From positions 23,622,001 through 23,686,000 of the forward strand of contig OZ024744.1 in assembly GCA_964016885.1 (NCBI GenBank): 64,000 bases of DNA. Reading direction: 5' to 3'. The DNA is from Eledone cirrhosa (lineage: Eukaryota). The notes beneath the pieces were generated by a model. It was not told the DNA's origin. It ran no database searches and saw only the letters and a list, made by a program, of their open reading frames with translations. Shown one piece after another: positions 13,101 through 26,000 of the stretch (position 1 is the stretch's first letter; each line of letters begins with the position of its first letter). Made by a program: the position numbers and the translations under genes.

Positions 13101-16000
13101 GAATCTTAAGATAAAACTCGTTTTAACAACAGTTGAATCTTAAGAACTGACTCATTTTAACAACAGTTGAATCTTAATAACTGATTCGTTTTAACAACAG
13201 ATGAATCTTAAGATAAAACTCGTTTTAACAACAGTTGAATCTTAAGAACTGACTCGTTTTAACAACGGCTGAATCTTAAGATAAAACTCGTTTTACAACA
13301 GTTGAATCTTAAGAACTGATTCGTTTTAACAACAGCTGAATATTAAGATAAACTCGTTTTAACAACAGTTGAATCTTAACATAAACCTCGTTTTAACAAC
13401 ATTTGAATCTTAAAAACTGACTCGTTTTAACAACAGCTGAATCTTAAGATAAAACTCGTTTTAACAACAGTTGAATCTTCAAATAAAACTCGTTTTAACA
13501 ACAGTTGAATATTATGATAAAACTCATTTTAACAACAGTTGATTCTTAAGATAAAACTCGTTTTAACAACAGTTGAATCTTAAGAACTGACTCGTTTTAA
13601 CAACAGTTGAATCTTAAGAACTGACTCGTTTTATCAACAGTTCAACCTTAAGAACTGACTCGTTTTAACAACAGTTGAATCTTCAAATAAAACTCGTTTT
13701 AACAACAGTTGAATCTTAAGAACTCACTCGTTTTAACAACAGTTGAATCTTAAGATAAAACTCGTTTTAACAACAGTTGAATCTTAAGATAAAACTCGTT
13801 TTAACAACAGTGGAATCTTAAGAACTGACTCGTTTTAATAACAGTTGAATCTTAAGATAAAACTCGTTTTAACAACAGTTGAATCTTAAGAACTGACTCG
13901 TTTTAACAACAGCTGAATCTTAATATAAAACTCGTTTTACAACAGTTGAATCTTAAGAACTGATTCGTTTTAACAACAGCTGAATATTAAGATAAACTCG
14001 TTTTAACAACAGTTGAATCTTAACATAAACCTCGTTTTAACAACATTTGAATCTTAAAAAGTTACTCGTTTTAACAACAGCTGAATCTTAAGATAAAACT
14101 CGCTTTAACAACAGTTGAATCTTCAAATAAAACTCGTTTTAACAACAGTTGAATATTATGATAAAACTCATTTTAACAACAGTTGATTCTTAAGATAAAA
14201 CTCGTTTTAACAACAGTTGAATCTTAAGAACTGACTCGTTTTAACAACAGTTGAATCTTAAGAACTGACTCGTTTTATCAACAGTTCAACCTTAAGAACT
14301 GACTCGTTTTAACAACAGTTGAATCTTCAAATAAAACTCGTTTTAACAACAGTTGAATCTTAAGAACTCACTCGTTTTAACAACAGTTGAATCTTAAGAT
14401 AAAACTCGTTTTAACAACAGTTGAATCTTAAGAACTGACTCGTTTTAACAACAGCTGAATCTTAAGATAAAACTCGTTTTAACAAAAGCTGAATCTTAAG
14501 ATAAACTCGTTTTAACAACAGTTGAATCTTAAGATAAACCTCGTTTTAACAACATTTGAATCTTAAGAACTGACTCGTTTTAACGACAGCTGAATCTTAA
14601 GATAAACCTCGTTTTAACAACAGTTGAATCTTAAGAACTGACTCGTCTTATCAACAGTTCAACCTTAAGAACTGACTCGTTTTAACAACAGTTGAATCTT
14701 CAAATAAAACTCGTTTTAACAACAGTTGAATCTGCAAATAAAACTCGTTTTAACAACAGTTGAATCTTCAAATAAAACTCGTTTTAACAACAGTTGAATC
14801 TTAAGAACTGACTCGTTTTAACAACAGCTGAATCTTAAGATAAAACTCGTTTTAACAACAGTTGAATCTTAAGATAATATTCGTTTTAACAATAGTTGAA
14901 TGTTAAGAACTGGTTCGTTTTAACAACAGTTGGATCTTAAGATAAAACTCGTTTTAACAACAGTTGAATCTTAAGAACTGACTCGTTTTAACAACAGTTG
15001 AATCTTAAGAACTGACTCGTTTTAACAACAGTTGAATCTTAAGATAAAACTCGTTTTAACAACAGCTGAATCTTAAGATAAAACTCGTTTTAACAACAGT
15101 TGAATCTTAAGATAAAACTCGTTTTAACAACAGTTGATTCTTAAGAACTGACTCATTTTAACAACAGTTGAATCTTAATAACTGATTCGTTTTAACAACA
15201 GATGAATCTTAAGATAAAACTCGTTTTAACAACAGTTGAATCTTAAGAACTGACTCGTTTTAACAACGGCTGAATCTTAAGATAAAACTCGTTTTACAAC
15301 AGTTGAATCTTAAGAACTGATTCGTTTTAACAACAGCTGAATATTAAGATAAACTCGTTTTAACAACAGTTGAATCTTAACATAAACCTCGTTTTAACAA
15401 CATTTGAATCTTAAAAACTGACTCGTTTTAACAACAGCTGAATCTTAAGATAAAACTCGTTTTAACAACAGTTGAATCTTCAAATAAAACTCGTTTTAAC
15501 AACAGTTGAATATTATGATAAAACTCATTTTAACAACAGTTGATTCTTAAGATAAAACTCGTTTTAACAACAGTTGAATCTTAAGAACTGACTCGTTTTA
15601 ACAACAGTTGAATCTTAAGAACTGACTCGTTTTATCAACAGTTCAACCTTAAGAACTGACTCGTTTTAACAACAGTTGAATCTTCAAATAAAACTCGTTT
15701 TAACAACAGTTGAATCTTAAGAACTCACTCGTTTTAACAACAGTTGAATCTTAAGATAAAACTCGTTTTAACAACAGTTGAATCTTAAGATAAAACTCGT
15801 TTTAACAACAGTGGAATCTTAAGAACTGACTCGTTTTAATAACAGTTGAATCTTAAGATAAAACTCGTTTTAACAACAGTTGAATTTTAAGAACTGACTC
15901 GTTTTAACAACAGCTGAATCTTAATATAAAACTCGTTTTACAACAGTTGAATCTTAAGAACTGACTCGTTTTAACAACAGCTGAATCTTAAGATAAAACT
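6400..16000 (+). repeat. 62-monomer higher-order repeat domain (base period 2,103 bp, with whole-monomer deletion variants)
   Basis: ACGGCT 6413/8516 and CGCTTT 12000/14103 are offset 2,103 = 62x34-5. ACGGCT 13265/15266 is offset 2,001 (3 monomers fewer, loss visible near 14,430) and 11366/13265 is offset 1,899 (6 fewer). The domain is interrupted by other variant blocks around 10-11 kb. Confidence 0.75.
6430..7720 (+). repeat. 19-monomer higher-order repeat pair (644 bp period); example of a recurring doublet
   Basis: ACATAAACC at 6527/7171 and GTGGAA at 6958/7602, offset 644 = 19x34-2. The same 644 spacing recurs at 2491/3135, 8698/9342, 13379/14023, 36417/37061 and 40656/41300. Confidence 0.85.
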
Positions 16001-18472
16001 CGTTTTAACAAAAGCTGAATCTTAAGATAAACTCGTTTTAACAACAGTTGAATCTTAAGATAAACCTCGTTTTAACAACATTTGAATCTTAAGAACTGAC
16101 TCGTTTTAACAACAGCTGAATCTTAAGATAAACCTCGTTTTAACAACAGTTGAATCTTAAGAACTGACTCGTCTTATCAACAGTTCAACCTTAAGAACTG
16201 ACTCGTTTTAACAACAGTTGAATCTTCAAATAAAACTCGTTTTAACAACAGTTGAATCTGCAAATAAAACTCGTTTTAACAACAGTTGAATCTTCAAATA
16301 AAACTCGTTTTAACAACAGTTGAATATTATGATAAAACTCATTTAACAACAGTTGATTCTTAAGATAAAACTCGTTTTAACAACAGTTGAATCTTAAGAA
16401 CTGACTCGTTTTAACAACAGCTGAATCTTAAGATAAAACTCGTTTTAACAACAGTTGAATCTTAAGATAAAATTCGTTTTAACAATAGTTGAATGTTAAG
16501 AACTGGTTCGTTTTAACAACAGTTGGATCTTAAGATAAAACTCGTTTTAACAACAGTTGAATCTTAAGAACTGACTCGTTTTAACAACAGTTGAATCTTA
16601 AGAACTGACTCGTTTTATCAACAGTTCAACCTTAAGAACTGAGTCGTTTTAACAACAGTTGAATCTTCAAATAAAACTCGTTTTAACAACAGTTGAATCT
16701 TAAGAACTGATTCGTTTTAACAACAGCTGAATCTTAAGATAACTCGTATTAACAACAGTTGAATCTTAAGATAAACCTCGTTTTAACAACATTTGAATCT
16801 TAAGAACTGACTCGTTTTAACAACAGCTGAATCTTAAGATAAAACTCGTTTTAACAACAGTTGATTCTTAAGAACTGACTCGTTTTATCAACAGTTCAAC
16901 CTTAAGAACTGACTCGTTTTAACAACAGTTGAATCTTCAAATAAAACTCGTTTTAACAACAGTTGAATCTTCAAATAAAACTAGTTTTAACAACAGTTGA
17001 ATATTATGATGAAACTCATTTTAACAACAGCTGATTCTTAAGATAAAACTCGTTTTAACAACAGTTGAATCTTAAGAACTGACTCGTTTTAACAACAGCT
17101 GAATCTTAAGATAAAACTCGTTTTAACAACAGTTGAATCTTAAGATAAAATTCGTTTTAACAATAGTTGAATGTTAAGAACTGGTTCGTTTTAACAACAG
17201 TTGGATCTTAAGATAAAACTGGTTTTAACAACAGTTGAATCTTAAGAACTGACTCGTTTTAACAACAGTTGAATCTTAAGAACTGACTCGTTTTAACAAC
17301 AGTTGAATCTTAAGATAAAACTCGTTTTAACAACAGTTGAATCTTAAAAACTGACTCATTTTAACGACAGTTGAATCTTAAGAACTGATTCGTTTTAACA
17401 ACAGATGAATCTTAAGATAAAACTCGTTTTAACAACAGTTGAATCTTAAGAACTGACTCGTTTTAACAACAGCTGAATCTTAAGATAAAACTCGTTTTAC
17501 AACAGTTGAATCTTAAGAACTGATTCGTTTTAACAACAGCTGAATCTTAAGATAAACTCGTTTTAACAACAGTTGAATCTTAACATAAACCTCGTTTTAA
17601 CAACATTTGAATCTTAAAAACTGACTCGTTTTAAGAACAGCTGAATCTTAAGATAAAACTCGTTTTAACAACAGTTGAATCTTAAGAACTGACTCGTTTT
17701 ATCAACAGTTCAACCTTAAGAACTGACTCGTTTTAACAACAGTTGAATCTTCAAATAAAACTCGTTTTAACAACAGTTGAATATTATGATAAAACTCATT
17801 TTAACAACAGTTGATTCTTAAGATAAAACTCGTTTTAACAACAGTTGAATCTTAAGAACTGACTCGTTTTAACAACAGTTGAATCTTAAGAACTAACTCG
17901 TTTTATCAACAGTTCAACCTTAAGAACTGACTCGTTTTAACAACAGTTGAATCTTCAAATAAAACTCGTTTTAACAACAGTTGAATCTTAAGAACTGACT
18001 CGTTTTAACAACAGCTGAATCTTAAGATAAAACTCGTTTTAACAACAGTTGAATCTTACGAACTGACTCGTTTTATCAACAGTTCAACCTTAAGAACTGA
18101 CTCATTTTAACAACAGTTGAATCTTCAAATAAAACTCGTTTTAACAACAGTTGAATCTTAAGAACTGATTCGTTTTAACAACAGCTGAATCTTAAGATAA
18201 ACTCGTTTTAACAACAGTTGAATCTTAAGATAAACCTCGTTTTAACAACATTTGAATCTTAAGAACTGACTCGTTTTAACAACAGCTGCATCTTAAGATA
18301 AAACTCGTTTTAACAACAGTTGAATCCTAAGAACTGACTCGTTTTATCAACAGTTCAACCTGAAGAACTGACTCGTTTTAACAACAGTTGAATCTTCAAA
18401 TAAAACTCGTTTTAACAACAGTTGAATCTTAAGAACTGACTCGTTTTAACAACAGTTGAATCTTAAGATAAA

Positions 18473-21400
18473 ACTCGTTTTAACAACAGCTGAATCTTAA
18501 GATAAAACTCGTTTTAACAACAGTTGAATCTTAAGATAAAACTCGTTTTAACAACAGTTGAATCTTAAGAACTGACTCATTTTAACAACAGTTGAATCTT
18601 AAGAACTGATTCGTTTTAACAACAGTTGAATCTTAAGATAAAACTCGTTTTAACAACAGTTGAATCTTAAGAACTGACTCGTTTTAACAACAGCTGAATC
18701 TTAAGATAAAACTCGTTTTACAACAGTTGAATCTTAAGAACTGACTCGTTTTATAAACAGTTCAACCTTAAGAACTGACTCGTTTTAACAACAGTTGAAT
18801 CTTCAAATAAAAATCGTTTTAACAACAGTTGAATCTTCAAATAAAACTCGTTTTAACAACAGTTGAATCTTAAGAACTGATTCGTTTTAACAACAGCTGA
18901 ATCGTAAGATAAACTCGTTTTAACAACAGCTGAATCTTAAGATAAAACTCGTTTTAACAACAGTTGAATCTTAAGAACTTACTCGTCTTATCAACAGTTC
19001 AACCTTAAGAACTGACTCGTTTTAACAACAGTTGAATCTTCAAATAAAACTCGTTTTAACAACAGTTGAATCTTCAAATAAAACTCGTTTTAACAACAGT
19101 TGAATATTATGATAAAACTCATTTTAACAACAGTTGATTCTTAAGATAAAACTCGTTTTAACAACAGTTGAATCTTAAGAACTGACTCGTTTTAACAACA
19201 GCTGAATCTTAAGATAAAATTCGTTTTAACAATAGTTGAATGTTAAGAACTGGTTCGTTTTAACAACAGTTGGATCTTAAGATAAAACTCGTTTTAACAA
19301 CAGTTGAATCTTAAGAACTGACTCGTTTTAACAACAGTTGAATCTTAAGAACTGACTCGTTTTATCAACAGTTCAACCTTAAGAACTGACTCGTTTTAAC
19401 AACAGTTGAATCTTCAAATAAAACTCGTGTTAACAACAGTTGAATCTTAAGAACTGATTCGTTTTAACAACAGCTGAATCTTAAGATAAACCCGTATTAA
19501 CAACAGTTGAATCGTAAGATAAACCTCGTTTTAACAACATTTGAATCTTAAGAACTAACTCGTTTTAACAACAGCTGAATCTTAAGATAAAACTCGTTTT
19601 AACAACAGTTGAATCTTAAGAACTGACTCGTTTTATCAACAGTTCAACCTTAAGAACTGACTCGTTTTAACAACAGTTGAATCTTCAAATAAAACTCGTT
19701 TTAACAACAGTTGAATCTTAAGATAAAACTCGTTTTAACAACAGTTGAATCTTAAGATAAAACTCGTTTTAACAACAGTGGAATCTTAAGAACTGACTCG
19801 TTTTAATAACAGTTGAATCTTAAGATAAAACTCGTTTTAACAACAGTTGAATCTTAAGAACTGACTCGTTTTAACAACAGCTGAATCTTAAGATAAAACT
19901 CGTTTTAACAAAAGCTGAATCTTAAGATAAACTCGTTTTAACAACAGTTGAATCTTAAGATAAACCTCGTTTTAACAACATTTGAATCTTAAGAACTGAC
20001 TCGTTTTAACAACAGCTGAATCTTAAGATAAAACTCGTTTTAACAACAGTTGAATCTTAAGAACTGACTCGTCTTATCAACAGTTCAACCTTAAGAACTG
20101 ACTCGTTTTAACAACAGTTGAATCTTCAAATAAAACTCGTTTTAACAACAGTTGAATCTGCAAATAAAACTCGTTTTAACAACAGTTGAATCTTCAAATA
20201 AAACTCGTTTTAACAACAGTTGAATATTATGATAAAACTCATTTAACAACAGTTGATTCTTAAGATAAAACTCGTTTTAACAACAGTTGAATCTTAAGAA
20301 CTGACTCGTTTTAACAACAGCTGAATCTTAAGATAAAACTCGTTTTAACAACAGTTGAATCTTAAGATAAAATTCGTTTTAACAATAGTTGAATGTTAAG
20401 AACTGGTTCGTTTTAACAACAGTTGGATCTTAAGATAAAACTCGTTTTAACAACAGTTGAATCTTAAGAACTGACTCGTTTTAACAACAGTTGAATCTTA
20501 AGAACTGACTCGTTTTATCAACAGTTCAACCTTAAGAACTGAGTCGTTTTAACAACAGTTGAATCTTCAAATAAAACTCGTTTTAACAACAGTTGAATCT
20601 TAAGAACTGATTCGTTTTAACAACAGCTGAATCTTAAGATAAACTCGTATTAACAACAGTTGAATCTTAAGATAAACCTCGTTTTAACAACATTTGAATC
20701 TTAAGAACTGACTCGTTTTAACAACAGCTGAATCTTAAGATAAAACTCGTTTTAACAACAGTTGAATCTTAAGATAAAACTCGTTTTAACAACAGTTGAA
20801 TCTTAAGAACTGACTCATTTTAACAACAGTTGAATCTTAAGAACTGATTCGTTTTAACAACAGTTGAATCTTAAGATAAAACTCGTTTTAACAACAGTTG
20901 AATCTTAAGAACTGACTCGTTTTAACAACAGCTGAATCTTAAGATAAAACTCGTTTTACAACAGTTGAATCTTAAGAACTGACTCGTTTTATAAACAGTT
21001 CAACCTTAAGAACTGACTCGTTTTAACAACAGTTGAATCTTCAAATAAAAATCGTTTTAACAACAGTTGAATCTTCAAATAAAACTCGTTTTAACAACAG
21101 TTGAATCTTAAGAACTGATTCGTTTTAACAACAGCTGAATCGTAAGATAAACTCGTTTTAACAACAGCTGAATCTTAAGATAAAACTCGTTTTAACAACA
21201 GTTGAATCTTAAGAACTTACTCGTCTTATCAACAGTTCAACCTTAAGAACTGACTCGTTTTAACAACAGTTGAATCTTCAAATAAAACTCGTTTTAACAA
21301 CAGTTGAATCTTCAAATAAAACTCGTTTTAACAACAGTTGAATATTATGATAAAACTCATTTTAACAACAGTTGATTCTTAAGATAAAACTCGTTTTAAC

Positions 21401-23003
21401 AACAGTTGAATCTTAAGAACTGACTCGTTTTAACAACAGCTGAATCTTAAGATAAAATTCGTTTTAACAATAGTTGAATGTTAAGAACTGGTTCGTTTTA
21501 ACAACAGTTGGATCTTAAGATAAAACTCGTTTTAACAACAGTTGAATCTTAAGAACTGACTCGTTTTAACAACAGTTGAATCTTAAGAACTGACTCGTTT
21601 TATCAACAGTTCAACCTTAAGAACTGACTCGTTTTAACAACAGTTGAATCTTCAAATAAAACTCGTGTTAACAACAGTTGAATCTTAAGAACTGATTCGT
21701 TTTAACAACAGCTGAATCTTAAGATAAACCCGTATTAACAACAGTTGAATCGTAAGATAAACCTCGTTTTAACAACATTTGAATCTTAAGAACTAACTCG
21801 TTTTAACAACAGCTGAATCTTAAGATAAAACTCGTTTTAACAACAGTTGAATCTTAAGAACTGACTCGTTTTATCAACAGTTCAACCTTAAGAACTGACT
21901 CGTTTTAACAACAGTTGAATCTTCAAATAAAACTCGTTTTAACAACAGTTGAATCTTAAGATAAAACTCGTTTTAACAACAGTTGAATCTTAAGATAAAA
22001 CTCGTTTTAACAACAGTGGAATCTTAAGAACTGACTCGTTTTAATAACAGTTGAATCTTAAGATAAAACTCGTTTTAACAACAGTTGAATCTTAAGAACT
22101 GACTCGTTTTAACAACAGCTGAATCTTAAGATAAAACTCGTTTTAACAAAAGCTGAATCTTAAGATAAACTCGTTTTAACAACAGTTGAATCTTAAGATA
22201 AACCTCGTTTTAACAACATTTGAATCTTAAGAACTGACTCGTTTTAACAACAGCTGAATCTTAAGATAAAACTCGTTTTAACAACAGTTGAATCTTAAGA
22301 ACTGACTCGTCTTATCAACAGTTCAACCTTAAGAACTGACTCGTTTTAACAACAGTTGAATCTTCAAATAAAACTCGTTTTAACAACAGTTGAATCTGCA
22401 AATAAAACTCGTTTTAACAACAGTTGAATCTTCAAATAAAACTCGTTTTAACAACAGTTGAATATTATGATAAAACTCATTTAACAACAGTTGATTCTTA
22501 AGATAAAACTCGTTTTAACAACAGTTGAATCTTAAGAACTGACTCGTTTTAACAACAGCTGAATCTTAAGATAAAACTCGTTTTAACAACAGTTGAATCT
22601 TAAGATAAAATTCGTTTTAACAATAGTTGAATGTTAAGAACTGGTTCGTTTTAACAACAGTTGGATCTTAAGATAAAACTCGTTTTAACAACAGTTGAAT
22701 CTTAAGAACTGACTCGTTTTAACAACAGTTGAATCTTAAGAACTGACTCGTTTTATCAACAGTTCAACCTTAAGAACTGAGTCGTTTTAACAACAGTTGA
22801 ATCTTCAAATAAAACTCGTTTTAACAACAGTTGAATCTTAAGAACTGATTCGTTTTAACAACAGCTGAATCTTAAGATAAACTCGTATTAACAACAGTTG
22901 AATCTTAAGATAAACCTCGTTTTAACAACATTTGAATCTTAAGAACTGACTCGTTTTAACAACAGCTGAATCTTAAGATAAAACTCGTTTTAACAACAGT
23001 TGA
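18473..23003 (+). repeat. Tandem duplication, period 2,238 bp (66 monomers)
   Basis: Markers CCCGTATT 19491/21729, CGTGTT 19426/21664, AAAAATCG near 18811/21049 and GAGTCG 20541/22779 share offset 2,238 = 66x34-6. Confidence 0.88.
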
Positions 23004-26000
23004 TTCTTAAGAACTGACTCGTTTTATCAACAGTTCAACCTTAAGAACTGACTCGTTTTAACAACAGTTGAATCTTCAAATAAAACTCGTTTTAACAACA
23101 GTTGAATCTTCAAATAAAACTCGTTTTAACAACAGTTGAATATTATGATGAAACTCATTTTAACAACAGCTGATTCTTAAGATAAAACTCGTTTTAACAA
23201 CAGTTGAATCTTAAGAACTGACTCGTTTTAACAACAGCTGAATCTTAACATAAAACTCGTTTTAACAACAGTTGAATCTTAAGATAAAATTCGTTTTAAC
23301 AATAGTTGAATGTTAAGAACTGGTTCGTTTTAACAACAGTTGGATCTTAAGATAAAACTGGTTTTAACAACAGTTGAATCTTAAGAACTGACTCGTTTTA
23401 ACAACAGTTGAAGCTTAAGAACTGACTCGTTTTAACAACAGTTGAATCTTAAGATAAAACTCGTTTTAACAACAGCTGAATCTTAAGATAAAACTCGTTT
23501 TAACAACAGTTGAATCTTAAAAACTGACTCATTTTAACAACAGTTGAATCTTAAGAACTGATTCGTTTTAACAACAGATGAATCTTAAGATAAGACTCGT
23601 TTTAACAACAGTTGAATCTTAAGAACTGACTCGTTTTAACAACAGCTGAATCTTAAGATAAAACTCGTTTTACAACAGTTGAATCTTAAGAACTGATTCG
23701 TTTTAACAACAGCTGAATCTTAAAATAAACTCGTTTTAACAACAGTTGAATCTTAACATAAACCTCGTTTTAACAACATTTGAATCTTAAAAACTGACTC
23801 GGTTTAACAACAGCTGAATCTTAAGATAAAACTCGTTTTAACAACAGTTGAATCTTAAGAACTGACTCGTTTTATCAACAGTTCAACCTTAAGAACTGAC
23901 TCGTTTTAACAACAGTTGAATCTTCAAATAAAACTCGTTTTAACAACAGTTGAATATTATGATAAAACTCATTTTAACAACAGTTGATTCTTAAGATAAA
24001 ACTCGTTTTAACAACAGTTGAATCTTAAGAACTGACTCGTTTTAACAACAGTTGAATCTTAAGAACTAACTCGTTTTATCAACAGTTCAACCTTAAGAAC
24101 TGACTCGTTTTAACAACAGTTGAATCTTCAAATAAAACTCGTTTTAACAACAGTTGAATCTTAAGAACTGACTCGTTTTAACAACAGCTGAATCTTAAGA
24201 TAAAACTCGTTTTAACGACAGTTGAATCTTACGAACTGACTCGTTTTATCAACAGTTCAACCTTAAAAACTGACTCATTTTAACAACAGTTGAATCTTCA
24301 AATAAAACTCGTTTTAACAACAGTTGAATCTTAAGAACTGATTCGTTTTAACAACAGCTGAATCTTAAGATAAACTCGTTTTAACAACAGTTGAATCTTA
24401 AGATAAACCTCGTTTTAACAACATTTGAATCTTAAGAACTGACTCGTTTTAACAACAGCTGCATCTTAAGATAAAACTCGTTTTAACAACAGTTGAATCC
24501 TAAGAACTGACTCGTTTTATCAACAGTTCAACCTGAAGAACTGACTGGTTTTAACAACAGTTGAATCTTCAAATAAAACTCGTTTTAACAACAGTTGAAT
24601 CTTAAGAACTGACTCGTTTTAACAACAGTTGAATCTTAAGATAAAACTCGTTTTAACAACAGCTGAATCTTAAGATAAAACTCGTTTTAACAACAATTGA
24701 ATCTTAAGATAAAACTCGTTTTAACAACAGTTGAATCTTAAGAACTGACTCATTTTAACAACAGTTGAATCTTAAGAACTGATTCGTTTTAACAACAGTT
24801 GAATCTTAAGATAAAACTCGTTTTAACAACAGTTGAATCTTAAGAACTGACTTGTTTTAACAACAGCTGAATCTTAAGAGAAAACTCGTTTTACAACAGT
24901 TGATTCTTAAGATAAAACTCGTTTTAACAACAGTTGAATCTTAAGAACTGACTCGTGTTAACAACAGTTGAATCTTAAGAACTGACTCGTTTTATCAACA
25001 GTTCAACCTTAAGAACTCACTCGTTTTAACAACAGTTGAATCTTAAGATAAAACTCGTTTTAACAACAGTTGAATCTTAAGATAAAACTCGTTTTAACAA
25101 CAGTGGAATCTTAAGAACTGACTCGTTATAATAACAGTTGAATCTTAAGATAAAACTCGTTTTAACAACAGTTGAATCTTAAGAACTGACTCGTTTTAAC
25201 AACAGCTGAATCTTAAGATAAAACTCGTTTTAACAAAAGCTGAATCTTAAGATAAACTCGTTTTAACAACAGTTGAATCTTAAGATAAACCTGGTTTTAA
25301 CATCATTTGAATCTTAAGAACTGACTCGTTTTAACAACAGCTGAATCTTAAGATAAAACTCGTTTTAACAACAGTTGAATCTTAAGAACTGACTCATTTT
25401 AACAACAGTTGAATCTTAAGAACTGACTCGTTTTATCAACAGTTCAACCTTAAGAACTGACTCGTTTTAACAACAGTTGAATCTTCAAATAAAACTCGTT
25501 TTAACAACAGTTGAATCTTAAGAACTCACTCGTTTTAACAACAGTTGAATCTTAAGATAAAACTCGTTTTAACAACAGTGGAATCTTAAGAACTGACTCG
25601 TTTTAATAACAGTTGAATCTTAAGATAAAACTCGTTTTAACAACAGTTGAATCTTAAGAACTGACTCGTTTTAACAACAGCTGAATCTTAAGATAAAACT
25701 CGTTTTAACGACAGTTGAATCTTAAGAACTGACTCGTTTTATCAACAGTTCAACCTTAAGAACTGACTCATTTTAACAACAGTTCCATCTTCAAATAAAA
25801 CTCGTTTTAACAACAGTTGAATCTTAAGAACTGACTCGTTTTAACAACAGTTGAATCTTAAGATAAAACTCGTTTTAACAACAGCTGAATCTTAAGATAA
25901 AACTCGTTTTAACAACAGTTGAATCTTAAGATAAAACTCGTTTTAACAACAGTTGAATCTTAAGAACTGACTCATTTTAACAACAGTTGAATCTTAAGAA

